NCBI GenBank assembly: GCA_021801925.1
Contig: JAKABH010000004.1
Location: 1-61,677, forward strand
Length of the DNA: 61,677 nucleotides
Origin: Thermoplasmata archaeon
Lineage (GTDB): Archaea > Thermoplasmatota > Thermoplasmata > Lutacidiplasmatales > UBA184
Direction of reading: 5' to 3'
Position 1 is the first letter of the stretch. Every line of letters starts with the position of its first letter. The notes below the pieces were generated by a model, which worked only from the letters and a program-made list of their open reading frames with translations, had not been told where the DNA came from and searched no databases. The translations under genes were made by a program, and so were the position numbers. Shown here piece after piece: positions 37,149 to 46,468 of this stretch.

Positions 37149-37930
37149 GCGCCGAACTTCGCAGGGACCTCGTCCCACCGGCGGATGCGGACGAGGGGCG
37201 CACCCGCCCGCCGCGGGATCGCCGGCCGGGGCGACTCGAACCGGTAAAGCCCGGTGTAGAGCCACGGGGTCAGGCCCGCCCGCCGCGCGCCGTCGACGTC
37301 CCACCGCAGATCCCCGATGTGGGCGGAGCGGTCCGGTGCCGCCCCGAGCTCTCGAAGGATCATCCGGAACGGCTGGGGACGCGGCTTCGCCCACGGATGC
37401 TCGGCCGACAGGTAGAGGCCGTCGAAGGGCGACCGCAGATCGAGGCGATCGAGGAGGGCGCGGGCGCCGTCGGCGGTCTCGAAGAGGACGTTCGAGACGA
37501 TCCCGAGGAGGATCCCGTCCCGGCGGAGCCGGCCGAGGGCCCGCTTCGCCCCCGGGGCGACGCGCACCGTCCGGCGGAGGAGATTGCGGTCGAGCGCCTC
37601 GCCGATCTCCCCGCCGCGGAGCGGACGGCGCAACCCGAGCCGTCGCGAGAGCGCGGCCGCCTGCGCGTCGATCGGCGGAGTCGAACCGCGGGCCTCGGCG
37701 GCGCGGCCGGCGGCGATGAGCCGCCCGACCTCCTTGAGCGCCCTCGGCCGGTCGATCCCTGCCCGTACCATGGCATCCGCCCAGATGCGGACCCGGCCCG
37801 CCTCGAGCCGCCGCCGCTCGGGGGCCGTTACGTAGGCGAGGGTGTACCAGAAGTCCGACGTCAGGGCCCGGGGGCCGGCGTCTCGGCTGGGCTCCGGCCG
37901 AGGCGACCGCCCCACCCGCCGGCCAATCAC
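37145..37930 (-). CDS. HAD-superfamily hydrolase (subfamily IA)
   Basis: DFWYTL, GIVSN, KPRP..F, HIGDLRWDVDGA; GTGA overlap with the glycosyltransferase. Confidence 0.85.
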   Translation of the reverse strand: MIGRRVGRSPRPEPSRDAGPRALTSDFWYTLAYVTAPERRRLEAGRVRIWADAMVRAGIDRPRALKEVGRLIAAGRAAEARGSTPPIDAQAAALSRRLGLRRPLRGGEIGEALDRNLLRRTVRVAPGAKRALGRLRRDGILLGIVSNVLFETADGARALLDRLDLRSPFDGLYLSAEHPWAKPRPQPFRMILRELGAAPDRSAHIGDLRWDVDGARRAGLTPWLYTGLYRFESPRPAIPRRAGAPLVRIRRWDEVPAKFGA

Positions 37931-39306
37931 CGGCCTCCCCCCGGGCCGGGGTCCGACCGGAGCCCGCTCCACTCGTAGAGCCGGATGGCGCGGTCGAAGA
38001 TCTCGCGGAGGCGCGGCGCGGCGCGTTGCACGGTGCAGCGTCGGGCGACCAGCTCGCCGATCGTACCCATCGTCTCGGCGTCCCGGGGATTCTGCAGCAG
38101 CCGTTCGATCGCGCGGGCCATCCGGTCGACCGAACCGGGCGGATACGTGTAGCCGTTCACCGAATCCTCGACGAGCTCGGCGACCCCGGCGCCGCGGCTC
38201 ACGACCACCGGCCGCCGGTGGAGCCACGCCTCGACGACGACGAGGCCAAATCCCTCCCACGGGGCCGGATGGACGAACGCCGTCGCGCAGTGGTAGGCCG
38301 CCTGAAGCTCGACGTCGCTGAGATTGCCGGTGAGGATCACGGAGCGGCCGAGCCGGTGGGCGGCGATCCGCCGGGCCAGCGTCTGGGCCCAATGGGCCGC
38401 CGGGTCGGAACTGCCGCGGGCCAGCTCCCGCGTCGAGAAGCTGCCGCCGCCGGCCAGGAGGAGCTTGGTGCGGGGGAAGCGCCGGTGGACCCGGGCGAAC
38501 GCCTCGATCAGCAGGTCCTGCCGCTTGACGGGATCCATCCGGCCGACGGAGAGGAGCACCGGGGCGGACTCCTCGAGCCCGAACCGCGCCCGGAACGCGA
38601 CGAGCTGCTCCGGGGTGGGACGGGCGAGTCGGGCCGGGTCGACGTACGGATAGACCTGGAACGCCCGTCCCTGGAAGCCGCGCCGGATGAGCTCCTCGAG
38701 GCCGGAGCGGGTGCTGACGACGATCCCGTCGAACCCCTCCATCGCCTTCAGGAAGAAGCGCCGGACCGGTTCCGGATACCCCTTGAAGTCGACCGGGATA
38801 TGCCATCGCAGGAGCGCCGGCGCCGCCGAACCGACCAGGCCCCCGACCAGGATCTGCTGGAAGTCGTTGACGTAGAACAGGTCGTATTCGCCGACGTGCC
38901 GGAGGAGGGCGTCCGCCATCCGGTAGTTGTAGCTCACGAACGCCCGGTAATCCTCGGCCGGGAAGCGGAGGCCGCTCGGGCCGTGGAACGAGTTCCAGAT
39001 GGCGTCCTTGAACCGACGGTACGCCGGGCGGGCCGCCTCGGGGAACGGCACGGTCTCGAGGGTGTACCCCTCGTCGGTGCGGACGACCGCGGGCAGGCGC
39101 GTCGCCCCGAGGGCGACCCATCTCGGATTGGGCGCGACCCACCGTCCGGCCGCCTGACGGATCAGACCGCGCATCATCGGGACGACCCCCCCGACGTTCG
39201 GCGTGTAGTCGGCGCCGAGCCGCCAGGAGCGGTTCGTCCCCCCCCGGCCGGGGTGGGCCGTCGGCACGAGCGGGGGGGTCTGACTGCTGATGCAAAGACG
39301 GATCAC
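37927..39306 (-). CDS. GT4 glycosyltransferase (TreT/trehalose synthase-like)
   Basis: GGVVPMM, VNDFQ, RWHIP, VGRMDPVKRQ, EGFGLVVVEA. Confidence 0.85.
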   Translation of the reverse strand: MIRLCISSQTPPLVPTAHPGRGGTNRSWRLGADYTPNVGGVVPMMRGLIRQAAGRWVAPNPRWVALGATRLPAVVRTDEGYTLETVPFPEAARPAYRRFKDAIWNSFHGPSGLRFPAEDYRAFVSYNYRMADALLRHVGEYDLFYVNDFQQILVGGLVGSAAPALLRWHIPVDFKGYPEPVRRFFLKAMEGFDGIVVSTRSGLEELIRRGFQGRAFQVYPYVDPARLARPTPEQLVAFRARFGLEESAPVLLSVGRMDPVKRQDLLIEAFARVHRRFPRTKLLLAGGGSFSTRELARGSSDPAAHWAQTLARRIAAHRLGRSVILTGNLSDVELQAAYHCATAFVHPAPWEGFGLVVVEAWLHRRPVVVSRGAGVAELVEDSVNGYTYPPGSVDRMARAIERLLQNPRDAETMGTIGELVARRCTVQRAAPRLREIFDRAIRLYEWSGLRSDPGPGGGR

Positions 39307-39436
39307 GCTGCGCCTCCGGCGCCCGCCCCCCGGGCGCCCGGGTCGGCCGAGCGACTCGACCCGGACCCCGAAGACCGGGGCGGCTCGACGGACGGACCCC
39401 GATGGCGCCGACGGTTAAAACGGGCCGGAGGCCGTC

Positions 39437-40657
39437 CTACCCCGGACGGCTCGGACCCCCGGGGGTGGGGCCGGCCGACGGCCGGCGCAGCCAGGTCCCC
39501 GCGATGACCCACGGGGGCTCGGGCCCGATCGGCTCCATGACGTCGGAGCGGAACCGTTCGACCGCGGCTTCGTCGACCTCGATCCCCAGCCCGGGTTTCT
39601 TCGGGATGGCGAACTCGCCGCGCTCGATCTCGTAGCCGCGGACGAGCGAGCGCTTCCACGCGGGCCAGCTCGCCTCGAAGCTCTCCTGGAGGAAGAACGT
39701 CGGCAGCACGGCGTCCATCTGGAGCGTCGCGGCCGTCTGGACCGGGCCGAACGCATTGTGGTAGGCGACCGGCGCCCCGTGGGCCGCGGCCACGCCCGCG
39801 ATCTCCCGTCCGTAGCTGAAGCCGCCCGAGTTCGTGATGTCGGGCTGGAGGATGTCGACCAGGCCCCGGGCGAGGAAGCTCTCGAAATCGGCGGCCGTCA
39901 ACAGCCGTTCGCCGAGCGCGACCGGCGTGGCGACCCGCTCCCGGAAGGTGCGGAGCGCGTCGCACAGTTCGGGGAGGACCGGCTCCTCCATGAACCGGGG
40001 ATGGAACCGGTCGAGCGCCCGGCCCGCGCGGATCGCCGCCTCGGGAAGGAAGCGGCCGTGGTACTCGATCAGGAGGTCGACCGTCTCGCCGACCGCCTCG
40101 CGGACGGCGCCGACGCGGGCCGCGGCCCGGTCCAGACCCTCGGGGGAGAGCGTCCGGTACTCGTCGCCGAACGGGTCGAACTTCAGGGCGCGGAACCCCG
40201 AGGCGACCATCGCCTTCGCCTTGGCGGCGAACTCCGCCGGTTCGATGCAGTCGGAGTACCAGCCGTTCGAGTAGGCACGGACCCGGTCCCGGATCGCGCC
40301 CCCGAGCAGGGTGGAGACCGGCACACCGGCCGCCCGGCCGACCAGGTCGTGGCAGGCGATGTCGACGGCGGAAAGCGCGCTCGTCGCCTCCATCGACCGG
40401 GATCGGTAGAACGAGTAGATCTCGAAGCGGCGGAGCGCCTCGGCGTGGCGGTCGAGCTCGACCCCCTCGTAGAACCGGGCGACCTCGCGGACGCTTTCCC
40501 GTACGGGCGCCGTCATCAGGGTCGTCGGCGCCTCGCCCCAGCCGACCGCGCCGTTTCCGGTCGTCACCTTCACGAGGATGACCGTGGAGCTCCACGGGGA
40601 CGATGCCTCCCCGGCCGGCGCGGCGACCTCGATCGGCTCTACGCTCTGGATCTTCAT
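39437..40657 (-). CDS. gad: Gluconate/galactonate dehydratase (enolase superfamily, archaeal Entner-Doudoroff type)
   Basis: GWGEA, RSMEATSALSAVDIA, YSNGWY, LKFDPFG, IEYHGRF, FMEEP, LGER, HNAFG, EPPWVIAGTW; closely parallels the Sulfolobus Gad sequence as I recall it. Confidence 0.85.
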   Translation of the reverse strand: MKIQSVEPIEVAAPAGEASSPWSSTVILVKVTTGNGAVGWGEAPTTLMTAPVRESVREVARFYEGVELDRHAEALRRFEIYSFYRSRSMEATSALSAVDIACHDLVGRAAGVPVSTLLGGAIRDRVRAYSNGWYSDCIEPAEFAAKAKAMVASGFRALKFDPFGDEYRTLSPEGLDRAAARVGAVREAVGETVDLLIEYHGRFLPEAAIRAGRALDRFHPRFMEEPVLPELCDALRTFRERVATPVALGERLLTAADFESFLARGLVDILQPDITNSGGFSYGREIAGVAAAHGAPVAYHNAFGPVQTAATLQMDAVLPTFFLQESFEASWPAWKRSLVRGYEIERGEFAIPKKPGLGIEVDEAAVERFRSDVMEPIGPEPPWVIAGTWLRRPSAGPTPGGPSRPG

Positions 40658-40697
40658 GGTGCCTCGGGGCCCGGGAAGACGGCGGAGCGTTTAGGGG

Positions 40698-41147
40698 TTA
40701 CTTGGCCGGCGGCGCGCGCAGGCGCTCGAGCGAACGGGCCACGTGGACGCCGGGGGTGATCGCGTTCACGACGTCCCGGACGATCCCGTCCGGATCGATG
40801 ACGAACGTGACCCGCCGCGCGATCCCGAGGAACCCCAGGACGCCGTAGGCGCGGGCGATCGACTTGTCGGCGTCCGAGAGGAGCGGGAAGGCCGTACCGC
40901 ACTTGGTGGCGAACCGGGCCTGGTCGCTCACGGAGTCGACGCTGACCCCGAGGACCGTCGCGTCGGCTCCCTGGAAATCGGCGAACCGCTCGGCGAAGGC
41001 CCGCGTTTCCACCGTGCAGCCGAGCGAGTTCGCCTTCGGGTAGAAGAAGAGCACCACGATCCGCCCGCGGAACGACGAGAGGCGCGTCGGCTGGCCGTGC
41101 TCGTCGGGGGCGGTGAAGTCCGGCGCCCGGTCGCCGACACCGATCAT
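40698..41147 (-). CDS. bcp: Peroxiredoxin, BCP/PrxQ type
   Basis: GDRAPDF, FFYPKANSLGCTVE, GVSVD, RVTFVID. Confidence 0.9.
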   Translation of the reverse strand: MIGVGDRAPDFTAPDEHGQPTRLSSFRGRIVVLFFYPKANSLGCTVETRAFAERFADFQGADATVLGVSVDSVSDQARFATKCGTAFPLLSDADKSIARAYGVLGFLGIARRVTFVIDPDGIVRDVVNAITPGVHVARSLERLRAPPAK

Positions 41148-41167
41148 GCCGGTGCGAGCGAGGGAGC

Positions 41168-42043
41168 CTATTTGACGGGGCCGCTCGGCCCGCGCTCCGG
41201 GGGCCGGTCCGCGGCGATTCGGGCGAGCTCGGCCGGCGTCAGCGGCTGCGCCGAGAGCGAGCGGACGACCGCCTCGAGCCGCTCGATCGGCGGGAGCGGG
41301 GCCAGCACCGCCTCGACCCATCGGTGGGCGAGGAGGTATTGGATGGCCGCCTCCACCAGGGTCCGGTGCCGCCCTTCGGTGAGGAAGCCCAGTCGGAGGA
41401 CCGGGGCGAACTCCTCGGCCAGGTCCCGGACCGAGGCGGGCCGCTCCGGTCGTTCCCCCGTCGGGGCCGTCGGGCCGAAGCGGGAGCCGTCCAGCCGGCC
41501 CCGGGCGAACGGATCTCGCGCCCACAGCCGGGCGCTGCCGGTCCGGTCGGCCGCTCCGAACCGCGAGGCCAAGCGCCGATCGAGCAGGGAGAACGGGCCG
41601 ACGTACCGGCCCGAGCGGGAGGGGGGGAGTTCCGCCTCGGGTCCCTCGAGCCGGCGTACCCCGTCCTCGGCGGTCGCTCGATCGGCCGCCTCCTCCGACG
41701 ATCCCCCCTCTTCGCGGAAGAGGTGGAACGGCGCCGGTCGACCGCCTCCCTCCTCCCGCAGTGCCGACGCGAGACCGACGGCCCGGGCCGGCACCAACAG
41801 GACCGATCCGGCCTCCGAGTCGGCAAGCGCCGAGGCGACCAGCCGCGCCGACCGGATCGGATCGGGGACCGAGGCCACATCGAAGAGGTCGATCCCGGCA
41901 TGCCGGGCGCGACGCACCCGTTCGATCACCGACCGTTCGGCGGCCCGACCGCCGAGGGCCGGGGCGTCGACCACAAACCCGAGCCGGGAGACCGGCCCGG
42001 GGATCGGGGACATCGCTTCGGGAAGGCCGGATGCGGGCGGCAT
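41168..42043 (-). CDS. Degenerate aldo/keto reductase-like protein
   Basis: VSRLGF, AGIDLFDVA, FSLLDRR, PFARGRL, EAAIQYLLAH; the central catalytic region is short. Confidence 0.6.
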   Translation of the reverse strand: MPPASGLPEAMSPIPGPVSRLGFVVDAPALGGRAAERSVIERVRRARHAGIDLFDVASVPDPIRSARLVASALADSEAGSVLLVPARAVGLASALREEGGGRPAPFHLFREEGGSSEEAADRATAEDGVRRLEGPEAELPPSRSGRYVGPFSLLDRRLASRFGAADRTGSARLWARDPFARGRLDGSRFGPTAPTGERPERPASVRDLAEEFAPVLRLGFLTEGRHRTLVEAAIQYLLAHRWVEAVLAPLPPIERLEAVVRSLSAQPLTPAELARIAADRPPERGPSGPVK

Positions 42044-42143
42044 GGGGTACGGTCGCCCACCGCGCGGCGCCCTATGAGCCCGGCCGGGTCCGGGAGCCGG
42101 CGCGGATGCCCTTCATAACGGGGCGCGGCTCCCGTCCGGCCGC

Positions 42144-43880
42144 ATGGCCACCGCGTGGGTCCGACGCGCCCCGATCTCCGAGCGGTATCGCCCCCACCGC
42201 CTCGACGACGTCCTCGGACCGGCGCGGAGCCGCCAGATCCTGCGGGACTGGGCGGCGACATGGAACGCGGGTCGGATCCCCCCGCGGCGGGCGGTCGTCC
42301 TGTCGGGGCCCCCGGGGGTCGGGAAGACGTCGACCGCCGTGGCGCTCGCGGAGGAGATGGGGTGGTCGCTGGTCGAGATGAACGCCTCCGACGCCCGGAA
42401 CGAATCCGCGATCGAGCAGGTCGCCGGCCGGGCGTCGATCACCCATCCGCTCGAGGAGGGGCCGGCGACGGGGTCGCGCCGGCACACCCTCATCCTCCTC
42501 GATGAGGCCGACAGCCTTACCGGCCGGCGGAGCGAGGGGGCCCGGCCCGCGCCGGTGCCGCCGACGCTGGCGGAGTTCCTGCGGGGACGGTACGGACGGA
42601 TCGAGGCGCTGAATGCCGCGTGGGGGCTCGGCCAGCCCGGCCACCCCGCGGCGTTCGGCGGGTGGGACGATCTCCCGCGGAGTCCCGGTCGGGCCGCGTG
42701 GGCCCGTCTCCCCCCCGCGCAGCGGGACCTCGCCGACTGGAAGGCGCCGTCCGGCCCGTCCGACCTCTCCGACCGCGGCGGGCTCGGGGCGATCGCGAAG
42801 CTCGTCCGGACGACCCGTCAGCCGCTCCTGCTGACCGTGAACGACGAGAGCGTGCTGACCCGATACTCGCCGGTGTTCCGGCAGTCGGTCGTACGGCTGC
42901 CCGTCGATCCCCTCCGGGACGGCGATCTCGCCGCCTGGGTCGGCCGGATCGCCGCGCGGGAAGGGATCCGGACCGGTCCGGGGGTCGTGGAGGCGATCGC
43001 GAAGAAGGCTCGGGGGGATCTGCGGGCGGCCCTCAACGACCTGGAGGCGATCGCCCCGCTACCGGCCGGCCCGACCCAGCTCAGCGTCCTGGGCGTGCGC
43101 GATCTCCGCGGCGATCTGGAGGCGTTGATCGACGAGACGCTGACCGCCCACCGCTTCTACCGCTCGGTCGAGGTCCGCAACCGGGTCGATGCCCCGCCGG
43201 ACGACCTGTTGCCGTGGGTCGAGGAGAACCTTCCCGGGTTCGCCCCCGATGCGGCGCATCTCGAGGCCGCCTTCGACGTCCTTGGCCACGCGGATCTCCT
43301 GCTCCAGCGGGCCCGACGGGCCCGCGTCTGGAGCCTCTGGAGCTACGCCTCCGAGCTCCTGACGGGCGGCGTAGGCATCGCCATCCGCGACGTCGGCGGC
43401 GCCCCCCGGGGGCGGGTCTACTTTCCGGAATTCCTCGGCGGCATGGGCCGTTCCCGGGGCGCCCGGGGCGTGCGCGACGCGCTCGCGACGAAGGCCGGCC
43501 ACCGTCTCCACCTCTCCCGGAAGAAGACGCGGCTCGGGGTGCTGCCGTTCCTGGAGGAGATCGCGGTCCGCGGCGGCCGGCCGTCCGCCTCCGCCGAACT
43601 CCGAGAGACCGCGCGCCGGCTGGTCCGCGAGCTCGACCTCACGCCCGAAGAGGTCGCCTACCTGATCGGGGGACCGCCCGACTCCCCCGATGCGGACCGC
43701 CTCCTCGCACCGGACCCCGGGGAGGGGCCCGAACCGGCCCCGCCGTCGATGCCGCCGGCCGAACCGACCCCCGTGCCGTCACCGGCCCGGGCCGACCCGA
43801 TCCCTCCTCCCGCGGAGGCCCCGCCGACGCCGGCACCTCCGAAGAAGGTGCAACGTTCGCTCGAGGAGTTCGACCGATGA
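42144..43880 (+). CDS. rfcL: Replication factor C large subunit with an insert after Walker B
   Basis: ERYRP, GPPGVGKTS, EMNASDAR, LLDEAD, DRGG, GDLRAALNDL, WVEEN, LWSYA, C-terminal PIP box QRSLEEF. Confidence 0.92.
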   Translation: MATAWVRRAPISERYRPHRLDDVLGPARSRQILRDWAATWNAGRIPPRRAVVLSGPPGVGKTSTAVALAEEMGWSLVEMNASDARNESAIEQVAGRASITHPLEEGPATGSRRHTLILLDEADSLTGRRSEGARPAPVPPTLAEFLRGRYGRIEALNAAWGLGQPGHPAAFGGWDDLPRSPGRAAWARLPPAQRDLADWKAPSGPSDLSDRGGLGAIAKLVRTTRQPLLLTVNDESVLTRYSPVFRQSVVRLPVDPLRDGDLAAWVGRIAAREGIRTGPGVVEAIAKKARGDLRAALNDLEAIAPLPAGPTQLSVLGVRDLRGDLEALIDETLTAHRFYRSVEVRNRVDAPPDDLLPWVEENLPGFAPDAAHLEAAFDVLGHADLLLQRARRARVWSLWSYASELLTGGVGIAIRDVGGAPRGRVYFPEFLGGMGRSRGARGVRDALATKAGHRLHLSRKKTRLGVLPFLEEIAVRGGRPSASAELRETARRLVRELDLTPEEVAYLIGGPPDSPDADRLLAPDPGEGPEPAPPSMPPAEPTPVPSPARADPIPPPAEAPPTPAPPKKVQRSLEEFDR

Positions 43881-44584
43881 GCCGCCCGCGCGCCGTCGTC
43901 TCCTGGAGCACCGGCAAGGACTGTGCCTGGGCGCTCCACGAGGTGCGGACGGTCGGGACCGTCGAGGTCGTGGGGCTGCTGTCGACCGTCTCCGAGACGT
44001 TCGGACGGGTCTCCATCCACGGCGTGCGGGTCGAGGTCGCCGAGGCACAGGCCGAGGCCCTCGGCGTCCCCCTCTACCGCGTGCCGATCCCCTACCCGTG
44101 CCCGAACGAGGTCTACGAGCGGGCGATGGGCGCCGCCACCGCGCGGCTCCGCGACGACGGCGTCGAGCGGATCGTATTCGGCGATCTCTTCCTCGAAGAT
44201 ATCCGACGCTACCGGGAACTCCGGCTCGACGGCTCGGGTCTGGCGCCCGTCTTCCCGCTGTGGGGCCGCCCGACCGCCGCTCTCGCGGAAACGATGATCC
44301 GGGCCGGCGTGGTCGCCCGCATCGTGTCGCTCGATCCCGCCCGCGTCCCCCGGGAGCTGGCGGGCCGCGTGCTCGACCGTCGCACCCTCGCGGCCCTGCC
44401 GCCGGGCGTGGACCCGTGCGGGGAGAACGGCGAGTTCCACACGTGCGTCACGGACGGTCCGATGTTCGCCCATCCGATCCCCGCGGTCGCCGGGCCGGTC
44501 GTCGAGCGGGACGGATTCGTCTACGCCGACCTGGCGCTCGCCCCCGGCGGGGACGACCCTACGCCAGCCGCGCCGTCACCGTGA
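43877..44584 (+). CDS. PP-loop ATPase, diphthamide synthase (Dph6/DUF71)-related
   Basis: SWSTGKD, HGVR, FGDLFL, FPLW, DPCGENGEFHT. Confidence 0.88.
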   Translation: MSRPRAVVSWSTGKDCAWALHEVRTVGTVEVVGLLSTVSETFGRVSIHGVRVEVAEAQAEALGVPLYRVPIPYPCPNEVYERAMGAATARLRDDGVERIVFGDLFLEDIRRYRELRLDGSGLAPVFPLWGRPTAALAETMIRAGVVARIVSLDPARVPRELAGRVLDRRTLAALPPGVDPCGENGEFHTCVTDGPMFAHPIPAVAGPVVERDGFVYADLALAPGGDDPTPAAPSP

Positions 44585-44996
44585 TCGGGACGTTCCCCTT
44601 GAGCGCCCCCGAGATCGGGCAGCCGGCGCCGGCCGCTTCCGCGGCCGCCCGGAACTCCTCGGCGGAGATCCCCGGGACGTGGCCGACGACCGTCAGCTCC
44701 ATCTTCGTGACCTTCCAGCCGTCCCCGACCTTGTCGAAGGTCGCGGCGGCGGAGACCTCGAGCTTCTGCGGGGGGTGCTGGGTGCGGCCGAGGCCGGCGG
44801 AGAGCGCCATCGAGTAGCAGGCGGCGTGCGCCGCGGCGAGCAGCTCCTCCGGGCTGGTCTTGCCCCCCGGTCCCTCCGTGCGCGCCGACCAGCTCACGTG
44901 CACCGACGGGAGTCCGCCGCTCGTGCCCTGAACCGAGCCGTGTCCCCGCAGTAGATCGTTCTCCCAAACCGCGTTCGCGGTGCGCGTGGCTGCCAT
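44559..44996 (-). CDS. osmC: OsmC-family peroxiredoxin
   Basis: TSPEELLAAAHAACYSMAL, GCPISGAL. Confidence 0.92.
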   Translation of the reverse strand: MAATRTANAVWENDLLRGHGSVQGTSGGLPSVHVSWSARTEGPGGKTSPEELLAAAHAACYSMALSAGLGRTQHPPQKLEVSAAATFDKVGDGWKVTKMELTVVGHVPGISAEEFRAAAEAAGAGCPISGALKGNVPITVTARLA

Positions 44997-45115
44997 GCCG
45001 CCCGAGCGCCGCGCGCCGATTTAACGTTCCCGGCACCGAGAGCCCCGTGCGTGGACCGCGGGACGAGCCGACGGTGCGGCGCGAAGGTTTTCTCGCTTCG
45101 GGTCCTGGGGGGGAC

Positions 45116-45598
45116 ATGGCGACCTCGCTGTCGGATCTCCCCCGCTTCCTCGTGCTCGACCCGATGTCGACCGTCCGGCTCGAGATCCATCTGGCCGCCC
45201 CGTCGTGCGAGATCAACGTCGAGCTCGACAACCCCGCCGCCGGCCGCTCCTTCGTTCTGCTCATCGGGCATCCGGGCGGCCCGTACGTCCAGCGGGTCCG
45301 CCTCTCCGGCCGGGCCCGGATCCACTTCGACCCGGAGGCGCCGGGAGACTACGTCCTCCTCCTCGCCAACCCGAACCGCCAGCCGGTGGTCCTTCGCATC
45401 CGGGCACGCGACCTCCCGAAGGGCGCCCCCGTCCGGGCCGCCTTGCCCCGGCGGCCGGCCTCCCCCCGCGACCGCCCCCGGACCCGACCCCGTCCGCGCT
45501 CCGGGCGGAAGCCCCGGTCGACGGAACGCCGCCGGGCGGTCACCGGGAGGATGCCGACCGGCCTCGAATCCGACTCGGTCCGCCCGCGCAAATCCTAA
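45116..45598 (+). CDS. Hypothetical protein (small all-beta domain plus basic tail)
   Basis: Coding-like composition; beta-strand pattern ending PGDYVLLLAN. Confidence 0.6.
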   Translation: MATSLSDLPRFLVLDPMSTVRLEIHLAAPSCEINVELDNPAAGRSFVLLIGHPGGPYVQRVRLSGRARIHFDPEAPGDYVLLLANPNRQPVVLRIRARDLPKGAPVRAALPRRPASPRDRPRTRPRPRSGRKPRSTERRRAVTGRMPTGLESDSVRPRKS

Positions 45599-45622
45599 AA
45601 CCGCCCGCGGGTGCGGGATTCC

Positions 45623-46405
45623 ATGCCGAGACCCCGAACGATCCCGCCCGCAAGGGCTGAATATTGGCGGACCCTGTGGGAACGCCAGCAGAACCTCCTG
45701 ATCCCGGACCGGGAACTCCGGTTCGACGCCATGCTCGACTGGCTCGAGGCGGCCGCCGGCCGCGCCCCCCGCTGCCTCGACCTGGGATGCGGCACCGGGG
45801 CGCTCACCGAGCGGATCCTCCGCCGCCTCCCCCGGGCCCACGTGGTCGCGGTCGACTGGGATCCGGTCACCCGCCGGCTGGGCCAGGCCGCGCTCGGGAA
45901 GTACCGGGGCCGGGTGCGCTGGGTCGACGTCGACCTGCGCGCCCCGAAGTGGTCCGAGGCCCTCCCTTCCCAACGGTACGATGCCGCCCTCTCCTCGACG
46001 GCCCTGCACTGGTTGCGCGATGCGGAGCTCGCCCGGCTGTATCGGGATCTCCACCGGCTCCTCCGTCCGGGCGGTCTCGTCCTGAACGCCGACCGTCTCT
46101 CGTTCGACCGGTCGGCCCGGCGGCTCCGCGCGATCGAGCGGGCGCTGCCGCGACCGTCCGTCCGTCGGGGACCGGGTCGGCCCCCGAAGGTCTACTCCTG
46201 GGAGCAATGGTGGACGGCGATCGGCCGCGAGCGCTCCCTCCGACGGGAGCTCGAACTCCACCGGGAGCGGTTCCCCACGGAGCACACCGACGCTTCCTCC
46301 CCGGGCCTCCTGGGCCACACCGAGCGGCTGCGAAAGGCCGGTTTCGCCGAGGTCGAGGTCGTCTACGCCCGGGGGGCGAGTCGCCTTCTCGCGGCGCTCC
46401 GCTGA
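45623..46405 (+). CDS. Class I SAM-dependent methyltransferase
   Basis: LDLGCGTG, VVAVD, YDAALSSTALHW, LRPGG. Confidence 0.9.
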   Translation: MPRPRTIPPARAEYWRTLWERQQNLLIPDRELRFDAMLDWLEAAAGRAPRCLDLGCGTGALTERILRRLPRAHVVAVDWDPVTRRLGQAALGKYRGRVRWVDVDLRAPKWSEALPSQRYDAALSSTALHWLRDAELARLYRDLHRLLRPGGLVLNADRLSFDRSARRLRAIERALPRPSVRRGPGRPPKVYSWEQWWTAIGRERSLRRELELHRERFPTEHTDASSPGLLGHTERLRKAGFAEVEVVYARGASRLLAALR

Positions 46406-46468
46406 ACCGGCGGCGCCGGGCGAAGGGTTGAAGGGGAGGGGCGTTCCCCCGGGGGCCGGAGGCCGGCG

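Noticed and set aside
42528-42767. Intein in RFC
   Set aside because: No Cys start, no His-Asn end and no splicing blocks; RFC inteins usually sit at or near Walker A.
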